A stretch of 64,000 nt of DNA, from NCBI GenBank assembly GCA_963662405.2, contig CAXXKT010000001.1, positions 2,464,001 through 2,528,000 on the forward strand. The letters are read 5' to 3'. The notes beneath the pieces are model-generated. The model was given only the letters and a program-made list of their open reading frames with translations. It did not search any database and had not been told where the DNA came from. The translations under genes were made by a program, and so were the position numbers. This document shows positions 1-9,615 of this stretch, piece by piece (positions within the stretch are counted from its first letter, which is position 1; each line of letters opens with the position of its first letter). Source of the DNA: Syntrophales bacterium (GTDB lineage: Bacteria > Desulfobacterota > Syntrophia > Syntrophales > UBA2210).

Positions 1-1
1 G

Positions 2-991
2 GCGGCGAGTTTCGAACATGCCTCAAAAATGTCGGGGGAGACCTTCGCCAAGCAATATCTGGGGAGGAGGCTCGCTTGCTCCCACTGTCCGGTCGGCTGC
101 ATCCATATCGCCGCCCTCCGAGAACCCTATGAAGACGTCTCTTATTTTTATAAGACCTCCATGATATCATACGACTATGAACCAATCTATGCCCTCGGTA
201 CCATGCTGGGGATCACTCGACCCGCCGATTTTCTGAGGCTGATGGATCGGGTGGAAGAGGCCTGGGGGATCGACGCGATGAGCCTCGGCGTGATCCTGGC
301 CTGGGCCACTGAGGCCTTCGAGCGGGGGCTTATCACCAAGGAAGAGACCCGAGGGGTCAGGTTGAAATGGGGTGATGCCAAGGAATACATCAAGGCAGGC
401 GGTTATATCATCGACCAACCGAACGATTTCTATAAGGCCCTCGCCCGTGGTGTCGAGTACGCCGCGTCCGTCTATGGGGGAACGGATTTTTCCCTCGCCT
501 TCGGCGGCAACGAGATGCCCGGTTACCATACGGGTCCCGGTGCCCACCTGGGGGTCCTGATCGGTGCCCGCCACAGTCATCTGGACAACGCCGGGTACAG
601 TCTCGATCAGAAAATCCTTATCAGCCGGCGGCTGAAGCCGGAAGAGATGATCGATACACTCCTCGCGGAGGAACGGTGGCGCCAGATTCTTTCCAGCTTG
701 GTTATCTGTTTCTTTGCCCGGGGGATCTATACCCCCGAATTGGTCACTCGTCTCCTTGCTGTCGCGGGGATCGAACTCACGGTCGACGACCTGCAGCGAA
801 TCGGCCGGGAGATCCACACCGAGAAATACCGATTCAAGGTGCGGGAGGGGTTCTCCTTTGATACGCTCCGGCTGCCGAAGCGGATATTCGAGACAGCTTC
901 CCCCGTCAGTGGCCTGGAAAGGGAGTATTTTGTGAAGGCCCTCGTTTACGCGAACAAGACCATCCAAAAAGAGCTGGATGCAACGGAGTAA
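2..991 (+). CDS. Aldehyde:ferredoxin oxidoreductase family protein, C-terminal part (5' truncated by window edge)
   Basis: Frame is open from the window start; motifs ACxxCPVGC, EP..ALG, GIDAMSLG, E(M)PGY, SLVICFF are typical of W/Mo AOR. Confidence 0.85.
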   Translation, partial: AASFEHASKMSGETFAKQYLGRRLACSHCPVGCIHIAALREPYEDVSYFYKTSMISYDYEPIYALGTMLGITRPADFLRLMDRVEEAWGIDAMSLGVILAWATEAFERGLITKEETRGVRLKWGDAKEYIKAGGYIIDQPNDFYKALARGVEYAASVYGGTDFSLAFGGNEMPGYHTGPGAHLGVLIGARHSHLDNAGYSLDQKILISRRLKPEEMIDTLLAEERWRQILSSLVICFFARGIYTPELVTRLLAVAGIELTVDDLQRIGREIHTEKYRFKVREGFSFDTLRLPKRIFETASPVSGLEREYFVKALVYANKTIQKELDATE

Positions 992-1143
992 CCGAGCCCG
1001 CAGTCGTTGCCTCACCATGAATATCCTTGACTTTTATCACTCATGCACATACGGTGCTTCCTTGACGATGCGAGAGGCAGCCGGGGCACCAGCCGCCGGA
1101 AGGTCTCGCGCGGGGAGATTCCTTCATGGTTATAAGCAAGAAA

Positions 1144-1848
1144 ATGAAATTCGCCATCATCACGTCGAACCCCTTTATCTCGATCATGTACCGGTTTGTC
1201 CGTCTCTACTCGGCCACCTGCCGCCTGACCGTCGAAGGCGAGCGGCAGTGGATGGATCATATCAGGGAAGGGGGGAGGGTGCTCCTCTGCGGCTGGCACC
1301 AGCAGTTTTTCCCCGTCCTCCGGTATTTCAAGGAATATGAACCGTATGGGGCGAGTGTCATGATCAGCAGGAGTTCCGACGGGGAATTTATCTCCGGAAT
1401 CGCGCGCCTGATGGGTCTGCGCCCGGTCCGGGGATCGTCGTCGCGGGGCGGCCGCGAGGCGCTGACCGGTATGATCGAGGCACTGCAAAAGAGCGGTCTC
1501 GCCATCCACATCCTCGACGGCCCCACCGGCCCCATGGGGGTCGTCAAGGCCGGGGCGATCCGTCTGGCCTCCGCGGCCGATGCGGTTATCGTCCCGTTCT
1601 ACACGAGCGCGGACCGAGCCTGGTACTTCAACAGCTGGGACCGCTTCATGGTCCCCAAACCCTTCGCCCGGGTGGCCATCCGGTACGGTGACCCGATCCC
1701 CTGTCCTCCCGCGGCGGATAATGATACGTTCGAAGCGCAGCGCGCCTCTCTCGAGGAGACCATGCTTCCCGGGCTTCGCCGTCCGAAGGACTATCCTCCT
1801 CCTGATCGAAGTGGTTCCCCGGAGGGTGACCGCCAGAGGGGTGTATGA
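1144..1848 (+). CDS. DUF374 / lysophospholipid acyltransferase family protein
   Basis: WH, MISRSSDGE, VRGSSSRGG, DGPTGP, SWDRFMVPKPF motifs; start could be 1126. Confidence 0.85.
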   Translation: MKFAIITSNPFISIMYRFVRLYSATCRLTVEGERQWMDHIREGGRVLLCGWHQQFFPVLRYFKEYEPYGASVMISRSSDGEFISGIARLMGLRPVRGSSSRGGREALTGMIEALQKSGLAIHILDGPTGPMGVVKAGAIRLASAADAVIVPFYTSADRAWYFNSWDRFMVPKPFARVAIRYGDPIPCPPAADNDTFEAQRASLEETMLPGLRRPKDYPPPDRSGSPEGDRQRGV

Positions 1849-1885
1849 TTGAGATGATATCCGGTAAGTGTGGAGATCGGAGGAT

Positions 1886-2455
1886 ATGAACAGTTTTGAA
1901 GAGATTGTGAGGAACCGCCGGTCTGTCAGGGAGTTCGAGGAGCGTGAAGTCCCGGTGATGCTGGTACAGGAGATCATCAGGGAAAGCACGTTCGCGCCCA
2001 GTGCCAGCCATGGACAGCCCTGGCATTTCATCATTATCAATAACCGGGATATCATGAAACGGATCTCGGACGAGTGCAAACGCGGTCTTCTCAGGCAGAT
2101 CGAACTCAACCCGGAGCTTTCGCTCGGCGGATACAAGACAGCACTCGAGGATGCCGCCTTCAATATATTCTACAATGCCCCGTGCCTGATCTACATCGTC
2201 GGCCGCGCCGATGTGGGGTCGCTTGATGTCGACTGTGCCCTCGCGGCCTCGTACCTGATGTTCAACGCCGCCCGCCGGGGTCTGGGTACCTGCTGGATCG
2301 GCCTGGGAACGATTCTCCAGGACCCTGGGCTCCGGGAAGAGATTGGCCTGCCCGCCGGCTACCGAATCGTTGCGCCCATGATCGTGGGGTACCCCGTTTC
2401 GATTCCGGAGCCTCTCCCGCGGGAGGAACCAAAGATACTCAAAATCATTTCATGA
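1886..2455 (+). CDS. Nitroreductase family protein
   Basis: RRSVREF, APSASHGQPWHF, GLGTCWIG, VGYP; GGAGG RBS before ATG 1886. Confidence 0.9.
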   Translation: MNSFEEIVRNRRSVREFEEREVPVMLVQEIIRESTFAPSASHGQPWHFIIINNRDIMKRISDECKRGLLRQIELNPELSLGGYKTALEDAAFNIFYNAPCLIYIVGRADVGSLDVDCALAASYLMFNAARRGLGTCWIGLGTILQDPGLREEIGLPAGYRIVAPMIVGYPVSIPEPLPREEPKILKIIS

Positions 2456-3382
2456 TCATGGCTCGACGAGGATCTTGATCTCCTCGTCCTTGTGATTCGC
2501 CAGACGCTCGAATCCCCCCTCCACGATCCCGTCGAGGGAAACGGTGCTCGTCACGATCGCCTCCGGTTTGATCCCCTTGGTCACCATCCATTGCAGGGAG
2601 CGGAAGGGATTGGCGGAGTTGGAGCCGACCATCGTAATCTCCCGCGTCACGAACCCGAGCATGTGGATCAGGGCGCGTTCCGTAAAGATCCCCTGGACAA
2701 TGACCGTCCCCCCGTAGCGGGTGGAGGCGAGACAGTCCTTCAGTGTTGCCTCGATCCCGACGGCCTCGACCGTCACATCGATACCCCGCCCGCCGGTCAG
2801 CTCGCGGATCGTGGGCGGGATCTTCACTGCCGCCGGATCGAAGGTCGCCGTCGCCCCCAGTTCTTTCGCCATCTTTCTGCGTTTCTCGGACAGGTCGGTC
2901 ATGTAGATCGTTTCCGCGCCGAGGACCCTGACCGCCAGGAGGATCAGGAGACCGACCGGCCCCGCTCCCGCGATGAATACCGTGTCCGTGGGCTTGACGT
3001 TTCCCTTCTCCAGGGCGTAGATGGCTCCCGCCAGCGGTTCAAGCACCGCCGCGCGATCCCAGGGGAGATCATCGGGAAGCTTGAGGGTCTTCTCCTGCGG
3101 GGCGACGAGATACTCGGCGTATCCGTCCCGGATAAAGGTTGCCACGTGATCACCCACCGCGAAGCCCGTCACATCCGCGCCGACCGCGACCACCTCACCG
3201 CAGACCTCGTGCCCGAAGGGACTCTCGGGAAAGGGACCGTGCAGGTATTCGTGCAGGTCCGATCCGCAGATCCCGCAGTACTTGATCCTGACCTTGATCT
3301 CATTGCTCTTCGCCTCCGGCTCGGCGACCTCTTCGACCCGGACATCACGCACACCGTGGTACACCGCTTTTTTCATGTGCAT
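2456..3382 (-). CDS. Zinc-dependent medium-chain alcohol dehydrogenase (butanediol/sorbitol dehydrogenase-like)
   Basis: CGICGSDLH, GHE, GAGPVG motifs. Confidence 0.88.
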   Translation of the reverse strand: MHMKKAVYHGVRDVRVEEVAEPEAKSNEIKVRIKYCGICGSDLHEYLHGPFPESPFGHEVCGEVVAVGADVTGFAVGDHVATFIRDGYAEYLVAPQEKTLKLPDDLPWDRAAVLEPLAGAIYALEKGNVKPTDTVFIAGAGPVGLLILLAVRVLGAETIYMTDLSEKRRKMAKELGATATFDPAAVKIPPTIRELTGGRGIDVTVEAVGIEATLKDCLASTRYGGTVIVQGIFTERALIHMLGFVTREITMVGSNSANPFRSLQWMVTKGIKPEAIVTSTVSLDGIVEGGFERLANHKDEEIKILVEP

Positions 3383-3559
3383 TCCTTTCTCTCACAGAAT
3401 CGACGAGTACTCTAACGGTTTTGCCCGCTCTCCGTCAAGCATGTTTCCGCCCGTATTGTATTGACATCCGAGCACTCTTTTGCGTATGCTCCCCCCCTCA
3501 AGCCGGCGATACGGGTCAGACGGAGTCTTGCCGTGAAAGGCGCAATGAGGGGGGAATAT

Positions 3560-4623
3560 ATGAAGGACGTGTATGAGCGATTGGCCGAGTTTCTCGATAC
3601 CCTTTCGCATCGGTACCCGGTGCATACCGGATCGGGGATCGAACTGAAGATCCTGAGGCACATCTTCACCCCGGAGGAGGCGGAGTGGCTCATGCAACTC
3701 AAACCGGTACCGGAACCGGCGGAGGAAATCGCCCGTCGGATCGGAAGAGACCCGGAGGAAACCGAAAAGACACTCTACGACATGTCGAGGAAAGGGCTGC
3801 TTTTCCGCACGGGAAAGCCCGGAAACTACCGGTACATGGCAATGGACTTCCTGGTGGGAATCATCGAATTTCAGATGAACCGCATGACCCCGCCCTGGTG
3901 AAGGACATGGAGGAGTTCACTCCTGTCTTGTACGAGGCCACCTGGATGAAGGGGGAAACGCGGGACCTTCGCACCATCCCCGTGAGCGAGAGCGTATCGC
4001 CCGATTCCGAGGTTATGCCCTACGAAAGCGCCGAAGAGGTGATCAAATCGGTCCGGCACATCGCCGTTTCCGATTGCGTCTGCCGGCGGATGACCACTCT
4101 TCTCGACAAGGCCTGCGACCGTCCCGTGGAGACCTGCTTCCATTTCGGGAGCTCAACCCACTATTTTGTTGAAAACGGGCTCGGTCGCTACATCACGCAG
4201 GAAGAAGCCCTTGCGATCCTGAAAAAAGGGGTGGAGGCGGGGCTGGTCTGCCAGCTGGGTTCCTCACAGACCCCCAATGCCCTCTGCATGTGCTGCGGGT
4301 GTTGCTGCGCGGTACTGATGGAGCTGAAAAAACATTACACAAAATCGTCGGACCTGGTCAACAGCAACTTCTTTGCCCGCGTGGACCCAGACGAATGCAC
4401 GGGTTGCGAGATCTGCATCGATCGATGCCAGATGAACGCCATCACCGTCGATGACGTCGCCGAGGTGGACCTGGACCGCTGTATCGGGTGCGGGCTCTGT
4501 GCCGTCGCCTGCCCCACCGAGGCCATCAGGATGTACCGGAAAGACAAAGAGAAGCAATTTATTCCGGAACGCACGGTAATGGAATCCAACATGGCGATCT
4601 ACCGGCAGCGGCGGGAGCAGTAA
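3560..4623 (+). pseudogene. 4Fe-4S dicluster protein with N-terminal HTH-like region, split by a one-base frameshift near 3890
   Basis: Frame 3560-3901 (MKDVYERLAEFLD..) joins frame ending 4623 (..ALVKDMEEF..CxC..CxCCxCCC..CxxCxxCxxxC x2) if one C is added to the C-run in ATGACCCCGCCCTG. Confidence 0.75.
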
Positions 4624-4830
4624 TCGAACATTCCGAGGAAAATCTTCGTTTCAATCAAAAAAACGGCATACTGGTGGTGTGAAATCAATCACTCCGAAGG
4701 TGTAAGGGGTATCATTGCGTATTTTCTTACCATTGAGTACGAATATACCAACGAGTGCGTTAACCGGTCATATCGTGTAAATCCGGTCTGTTCCGGTCAA
4801 GGGCGCACGGCCACCACCAGTTCTCTCAAA

Positions 4831-4913
4831 ACCGATACAGACACACCGCCCGTGAAAGCGGGACGTAAAACCATGGGTCATCAATAGGGGGCCGATGGTT
4901 GCCGGGGTGCCGA
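4831..4913 (+). ncRNA. c-di-GMP-I (GEMM-I)-like riboswitch
   Basis: CGAtacaG-AC-ACA-CC-gccc-GTGA-aagc-GG-GAC-GT-AAA-accatgggtc...tgccGGGgtGCCGA matches GEMM-I layout and spacing; two mismatches next to the GNRA loop. Confidence 0.7.
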
Positions 4914-5166
4914 CGACTCTCCTTTTCCATCTCAATGTTTCTCCCAACGCATTTTTTCACAGGGGAGAGTCTCATCCGAAACATGACAAGGGGGATGGAT
5001 GCAAGAGGTTCTCTCTCCACACCCGGCGTGTCCCGTGCACCGGGCAACATACTGAAAAAAGTGTATTACTGAAAAGATTCAAGAAACACGAAAAATATTC
5101 GGTATAAGCAGGTGGATACCTGTTACTGCGATGTCAGTCACGGTTGAATGAGAGATAAGGGGCGTT

Positions 5167-5700
5167 ATGGAAAAGATCTGCATTGTGCGAAGGAGAAAAG
5201 ATATTCGAAGTGTCGGAGTCGATATGGATTCCGTGCCGGGGAACCAGCGCCTGGGGGTGGTCCTTCCGCGGGAGGCGCGGGATGATATGGGCACGCGCGA
5301 AGAGAACCCGTTTCCCGTTGAGGCAGTCGTCGGCAGGAAAAAGGATGCAATTTCCTTTCAATTGACGCCCGAACAAAGTGACATGATTCGATCCGGGGAT
5401 TTCGTTCCCTATCTTTCGAACGGGATATCAAAAGGCGCCGCTCTCAGCGTCCGGGAGCAGGCGGACGGTCAGATCAACCTCAGTTTTTACTTTGACCGGG
5501 TGAACACGCTCAGACTGCTCAAAGCGAGCCAGGTATGCGAGATGCTGCAGATCAGCAGAAGTTACCTGGGAAAGCTCATCAGGACAAAGAAGCTGAAGAG
5601 CTACAAGATCGGGGGACTGCGGCGTTTTGCATTGGAAGATATCATCGATTTTCTTGCAGGAACCGATCGCGAATCGAGTCGGCAGGATGATGTCTTGTAA
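5167..5700 (+). CDS. Protein with C-terminal excisionase-like helix-turn-helix (HTH_17) domain
   Basis: LLKASQVCEMLQISRSYLGKLIRTKKLKSYKIGGLRRF pattern. Confidence 0.8.
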   Translation: MEKICIVRRRKDIRSVGVDMDSVPGNQRLGVVLPREARDDMGTREENPFPVEAVVGRKKDAISFQLTPEQSDMIRSGDFVPYLSNGISKGAALSVREQADGQINLSFYFDRVNTLRLLKASQVCEMLQISRSYLGKLIRTKKLKSYKIGGLRRFALEDIIDFLAGTDRESSRQDDVL

Positions 5701-5737
5701 CCACGTATAACAGGAAAACAAGCGGGGAGATGAGATT

Positions 5738-7159
5738 ATGTATTACCAATACTGGGACCTGACCAAACCGCCCTTCGACAACGTTCCCGACCCGTCCATG
5801 TATGTGGATACTCACCTCACGTTGGAAAATGCCGTTGCGGAAACCCTCTTTGCCATTGAGGAAGGAGGAGAAAGTATTGCGGTGATCGTCGGGGACGTGG
5901 GACTGGGCAAAACCCTGTCGCTGCGTTTGATCATCGATTCGCTCGATCAGGACAGATACCGGATTGTCCTCATTACCAATCCGAGTATTACCTTTATCCA
6001 GCTGATGAAGGAGATTATCGGTCAACTGACGGGGGCGCCGTGCGACAAGACGCGAAAGGTGGATCTCCTGGAGACCTTCAACCGGCTCCTGTTCGAGACT
6101 ATCGACGAAGGGAAGAAAGTCCTCGTTTTTATCGACGAGGCGAACGCCATCCCACCGGCGAATCTCGAATACCTCAGACTGCTGACCAATATGCAGGACG
6201 ACCAGAGAAATCTGTTCACGATGATCCTCGCCGGTCAGAAAGAACTGGCCCGACGCCTGGAAGATCCGCGGCGTGCCAATCTCTTCCAGCGCATCGGCAC
6301 CTACAACAAGATCGAAAAGATACCGTCCGCAGAGGCCCTGAAAGACTATGTGGAGACCCGGCTGCGACTCGCAGGGTGCACACGGGCCGTCTTTGCCGAT
6401 GATGTCTACGGTCCCTTGTGGAACCGTTCCGAGGAAGGGGTCCCCCGTCTTGTCAATAAAATATGCAAGTTATCTTTAAAGGCCGGAGAGACAAACGGTC
6501 TGGATCTGATAACCGGCGCGATCGTTGATCAGATCGGTCAGCGCTTCCAGCGGTTGAGCGGATCTGCCGCGCGAAAGCGAAAACAGGCACCGGTACTCGA
6601 TACGACGGTTACCCCGGAAACGATCAGGGACACGGAACAGATTCTGGCGGACCATGAGCGGCAAGTCCCCGAGCCGGTTGTGGAAAAACCGGAACCTGTA
6701 CCTCCGGTGGAGAAACAGATCCCGCTGACGGAACAGGCAGAGACGTTTATCGAAGCACCGGAACCGGTGACGGTGATGTCCCCTGAACCTGTCGAAGAAA
6801 CCCCGACCATTCACACCACGGAATTACCGGAGAGAGGTCAGCCGCGTCTCGTCTACGAGCAGACCGAACCGGATACGCCGCCGCAGAAGAGCGCGCCGGC
6901 CGATGAAGATAAATCCGTAGAGGTCGAGATCGGGGGTATGAAGGCGACGGTGGTTCTGCCGTTCCAGGTCATCCGGCAGGCTCAATGCTCGACCGAGGAA
7001 CACTGCGTCAAGCTGGCGGGAGTACTCGCGGCCCAGTTTCTTAAAGAACATCCGACTTTTACCTCTTCATTCCTCTCCGATCCTGTCGATGTATGGAGCA
7101 GGATCAGGGAATCCGTTCTGCAGACATTTGCGGAGGAAAAGCGGATAGGGGTAATGTAG
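5738..7159 (+). CDS. ExeA/GspA-like AAA+ ATPase with Pro/Glu-rich linker
   Basis: MY..YW.L...PF.N.PDP start, Walker A GDVGLGKT, Walker B FIDEA, LAGQ.EL, GVPRLVNKIC. Confidence 0.88.
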   Translation: MYYQYWDLTKPPFDNVPDPSMYVDTHLTLENAVAETLFAIEEGGESIAVIVGDVGLGKTLSLRLIIDSLDQDRYRIVLITNPSITFIQLMKEIIGQLTGAPCDKTRKVDLLETFNRLLFETIDEGKKVLVFIDEANAIPPANLEYLRLLTNMQDDQRNLFTMILAGQKELARRLEDPRRANLFQRIGTYNKIEKIPSAEALKDYVETRLRLAGCTRAVFADDVYGPLWNRSEEGVPRLVNKICKLSLKAGETNGLDLITGAIVDQIGQRFQRLSGSAARKRKQAPVLDTTVTPETIRDTEQILADHERQVPEPVVEKPEPVPPVEKQIPLTEQAETFIEAPEPVTVMSPEPVEETPTIHTTELPERGQPRLVYEQTEPDTPPQKSAPADEDKSVEVEIGGMKATVVLPFQVIRQAQCSTEEHCVKLAGVLAAQFLKEHPTFTSSFLSDPVDVWSRIRESVLQTFAEEKRIGVM

Positions 7160-7208
7160 GGCGCGCCCGCGTCCCGAAAATCGCTTCAATCATAGTACAA
7201 CATTGCTT

Positions 7209-8102
7209 ATGGATAAAACCGAGATCGCACGGGAATGGTTTATAAGGGGATGCCGATACAACTGCCTTGAACCGGGTTCGGAACGGGCCATCGAGGCATA
7301 CCGGAACAGCATACAATTCGACGATACATTTTCAGATGCCTATGCCCACCTGGGATGTATCTGTTTCAAGAGAGGAAAGTGCGAGGAGGCGCTGGCATGT
7401 TTTGAAAAGATGATCGATCTGGATCCGGGAAACCCGCAGGCCTACAATAATCTCGCCTGCGTCTACGAAGAAATGAAGCGGATCGGCAGCGCCAAACAGA
7501 TGTATTACCGTGCCTTGGAGATCGATCCCGAAAACGTGTGCGCGATGATCAATATCGGCAGGATCCACGAACTGGAAGGGAACTATCATGGTGCCATGCA
7601 GCAATACCGGGAAGCAATGGAAACGGACCCCGGGGCGGCTGCCCCTCACTTCCGGCTGGCCGTGTTATTCGACCGGCACGATATGTTCGACGAGGCGATC
7701 CAGGAATATCGCCATGCCCTGAGCAATAATCCCGATTACAGCGATGCCCTCTTTCATCTGGGGAATCTGTATGTGCAGCTCGGCGAATATCCCGAGGCAG
7801 TTACTGTCTTTGAACGGGTGATACAATTGGAGTCCGGTAAGACGGAGACGCTCCATGATCAGGGGACTTTCCCCCAAGAAAGAGAGGGGTACGGCCAGGG
7901 CACGGCTGACTTCAAACAGGATTCCCTCCAAGAGGAAGTCCCTGCCGATCCGGCCCGTATGGGGGCCCTCGATTCTGATGATTCATCCTCGAACGGTTCC
8001 AAGAAAGAGGAGATCGCTCAGCGGCTTCACTTTATCCTTTCCCTCAATCCTCACAACAGCAGGGGACAAGCCCTCCTGGAGAAGCTGACGGAGGCGCACT
8101 GA
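7209..8102 (+). CDS. Tetratricopeptide repeat protein
   Basis: About 6 TPR units (AYAHLG, AYNNLA, INIG, HFRLA, LFHLG). Confidence 0.88.
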   Translation: MDKTEIAREWFIRGCRYNCLEPGSERAIEAYRNSIQFDDTFSDAYAHLGCICFKRGKCEEALACFEKMIDLDPGNPQAYNNLACVYEEMKRIGSAKQMYYRALEIDPENVCAMINIGRIHELEGNYHGAMQQYREAMETDPGAAAPHFRLAVLFDRHDMFDEAIQEYRHALSNNPDYSDALFHLGNLYVQLGEYPEAVTVFERVIQLESGKTETLHDQGTFPQEREGYGQGTADFKQDSLQEEVPADPARMGALDSDDSSSNGSKKEEIAQRLHFILSLNPHNSRGQALLEKLTEAH

Positions 8103-8238
8103 TCGGGGCTGCACCCCGAGCGATTGTCCCGGTATATCCCCTTCTACCTTGCCAAAGGAGCCGTTTTGGTCTATGGTACCTCGTTTGCTTGGGATCTCTT
8201 TCTCAGGCATGATACCAAAGAAAGGTACACAGTGAATA

Positions 8239-9456
8239 ATGACCGTACAGAATCAACAGAACAGTATCCCCGATAAAGAAGGATTTTTCGGAAAATACGG
8301 CGGCAAGTTTATCCCCCCCGAACTGGAAAAACCCTTCGCCGAGATCACCGAGGCATATCATCGGATTGAAAGCGACGCCGCCTTTATCGCCGAGCTGCGC
8401 TATATCCGTGAACATTTTCAGGGCCGGCCCACGCCGGTCTACCACGCACGGTCGCTGTCCCTGAAAAACGGCGGGGCCCAGATCTATCTGAAGCGTGAAG
8501 ACCTGAATCATACCGGTGCCCACAAGCTGAACCACTGCATGGGGGAGGTACTCCTCGCGAAATATATGGGGAAAAAGCGTGTCATCGCCGAAACCGGCGC
8601 GGGACAGCACGGCGTGGCCCTGGCCACTGCCGCCGCCTATTTCGGCCTGGAATGCGAGATCCATATGGGAGAGGTCGACATCGTCAAACAGGCGCCGAAC
8701 GTCAGCCGAATGAAACTCCTGGGCGCGACAGTGGTGCCGGTCACCCAGGGTCTCAGAACCCTGAAGGAAGCGGTCGACTCGGCCTTCGATGCCTATCTCG
8801 CGGATTACGAGAACTCGATCTACTGCATCGGCTCCGTCGTGGGGCCTCATCCCTTCCCGCTCATGGTGCGTGATTTTCAGCGCGTGGTGGGAATCGAGGC
8901 CCGTGAGCAGTTTTACGCAATGACCGGGATCCTCCCCGATGTCGTCTGTGCCTGCGTCGGCGGCGGTTCCAACGCCATGGGAATCTTTGCACCCTTCCTC
9001 GCGGATCCCTGCGCCCTGATCGGCGTCGAACCGATGGGAATAGGGAATAAACTGGGCCAGCACGCGGCGACGATGACCTACGGGCGGGAGGGCATCATTC
9101 ACGGTTTCAAGTGCTACCTGCTGCAGAACGAGGATGGCACCCCGGCCCCGGTCTACTCCTGCGCCAGCGGGCTCGATTACCCGGGTGTGGGGCCCGAACA
9201 CTGCTATCTGAAGGACATGGGCCGGGTCGAATACGTCACCTGTTCGGATGACGAATGCCGAGACGCCTTCTTCAAGCTGTGCCGCCTCGAGGGGATTATC
9301 CCGGCCATCGAAAGCGCCCATGCCGTCGCGTATGCCTTGGTGAAGGCGCGCGAGATGGAGACCGGGACGATCCTGGTAAACCTGAGCGGACGTGGCGACA
9401 AGGACCTGGATTACGTCCTCGAATACTGGGGCACCGGCGGTGAAGACGAGGCCTAG
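8239..9456 (+). CDS. trpB: Tryptophan synthase beta chain
   Basis: [50 protein letters not shown]. Confidence 0.95.
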   Translation: MTVQNQQNSIPDKEGFFGKYGGKFIPPELEKPFAEITEAYHRIESDAAFIAELRYIREHFQGRPTPVYHARSLSLKNGGAQIYLKREDLNHTGAHKLNHCMGEVLLAKYMGKKRVIAETGAGQHGVALATAAAYFGLECEIHMGEVDIVKQAPNVSRMKLLGATVVPVTQGLRTLKEAVDSAFDAYLADYENSIYCIGSVVGPHPFPLMVRDFQRVVGIEAREQFYAMTGILPDVVCACVGGGSNAMGIFAPFLADPCALIGVEPMGIGNKLGQHAATMTYGREGIIHGFKCYLLQNEDGTPAPVYSCASGLDYPGVGPEHCYLKDMGRVEYVTCSDDECRDAFFKLCRLEGIIPAIESAHAVAYALVKAREMETGTILVNLSGRGDKDLDYVLEYWGTGGEDEA

Positions 9457-9552
9457 AGGCCTTCAGCCTCCGGGGGTTTCTGATATCCGGTTCCGCGGGG
9501 TGGTCAATATATGGGGGAGGGCAGGGGGATGTCATTATCCGATCCGGGCGAA

Positions 9553-9612
9553 AATTAGGGACAGCGCCCATTTTTTCGAGAACTCCGCCGAAAATGGGCG
9601 CTGTCCCTAATT
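9553..9612. repeat. Perfect 22-bp inverted repeat (REP-like element or bidirectional terminator)
   Basis: AATTAGGGACAGCGCCCATTTT (9553-9574) / AAAATGGGCGCTGTCCCTAATT (9591-9612), between convergent genes. Confidence 0.85.
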
Positions 9613-9615
9613 AAA

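Noticed and set aside
5167..5700. HTH_17 protein as a prophage/ICE excisionase
   Set aside because: No integrase or phage genes nearby; it is a C-terminal domain of a larger protein in a host-like operon.
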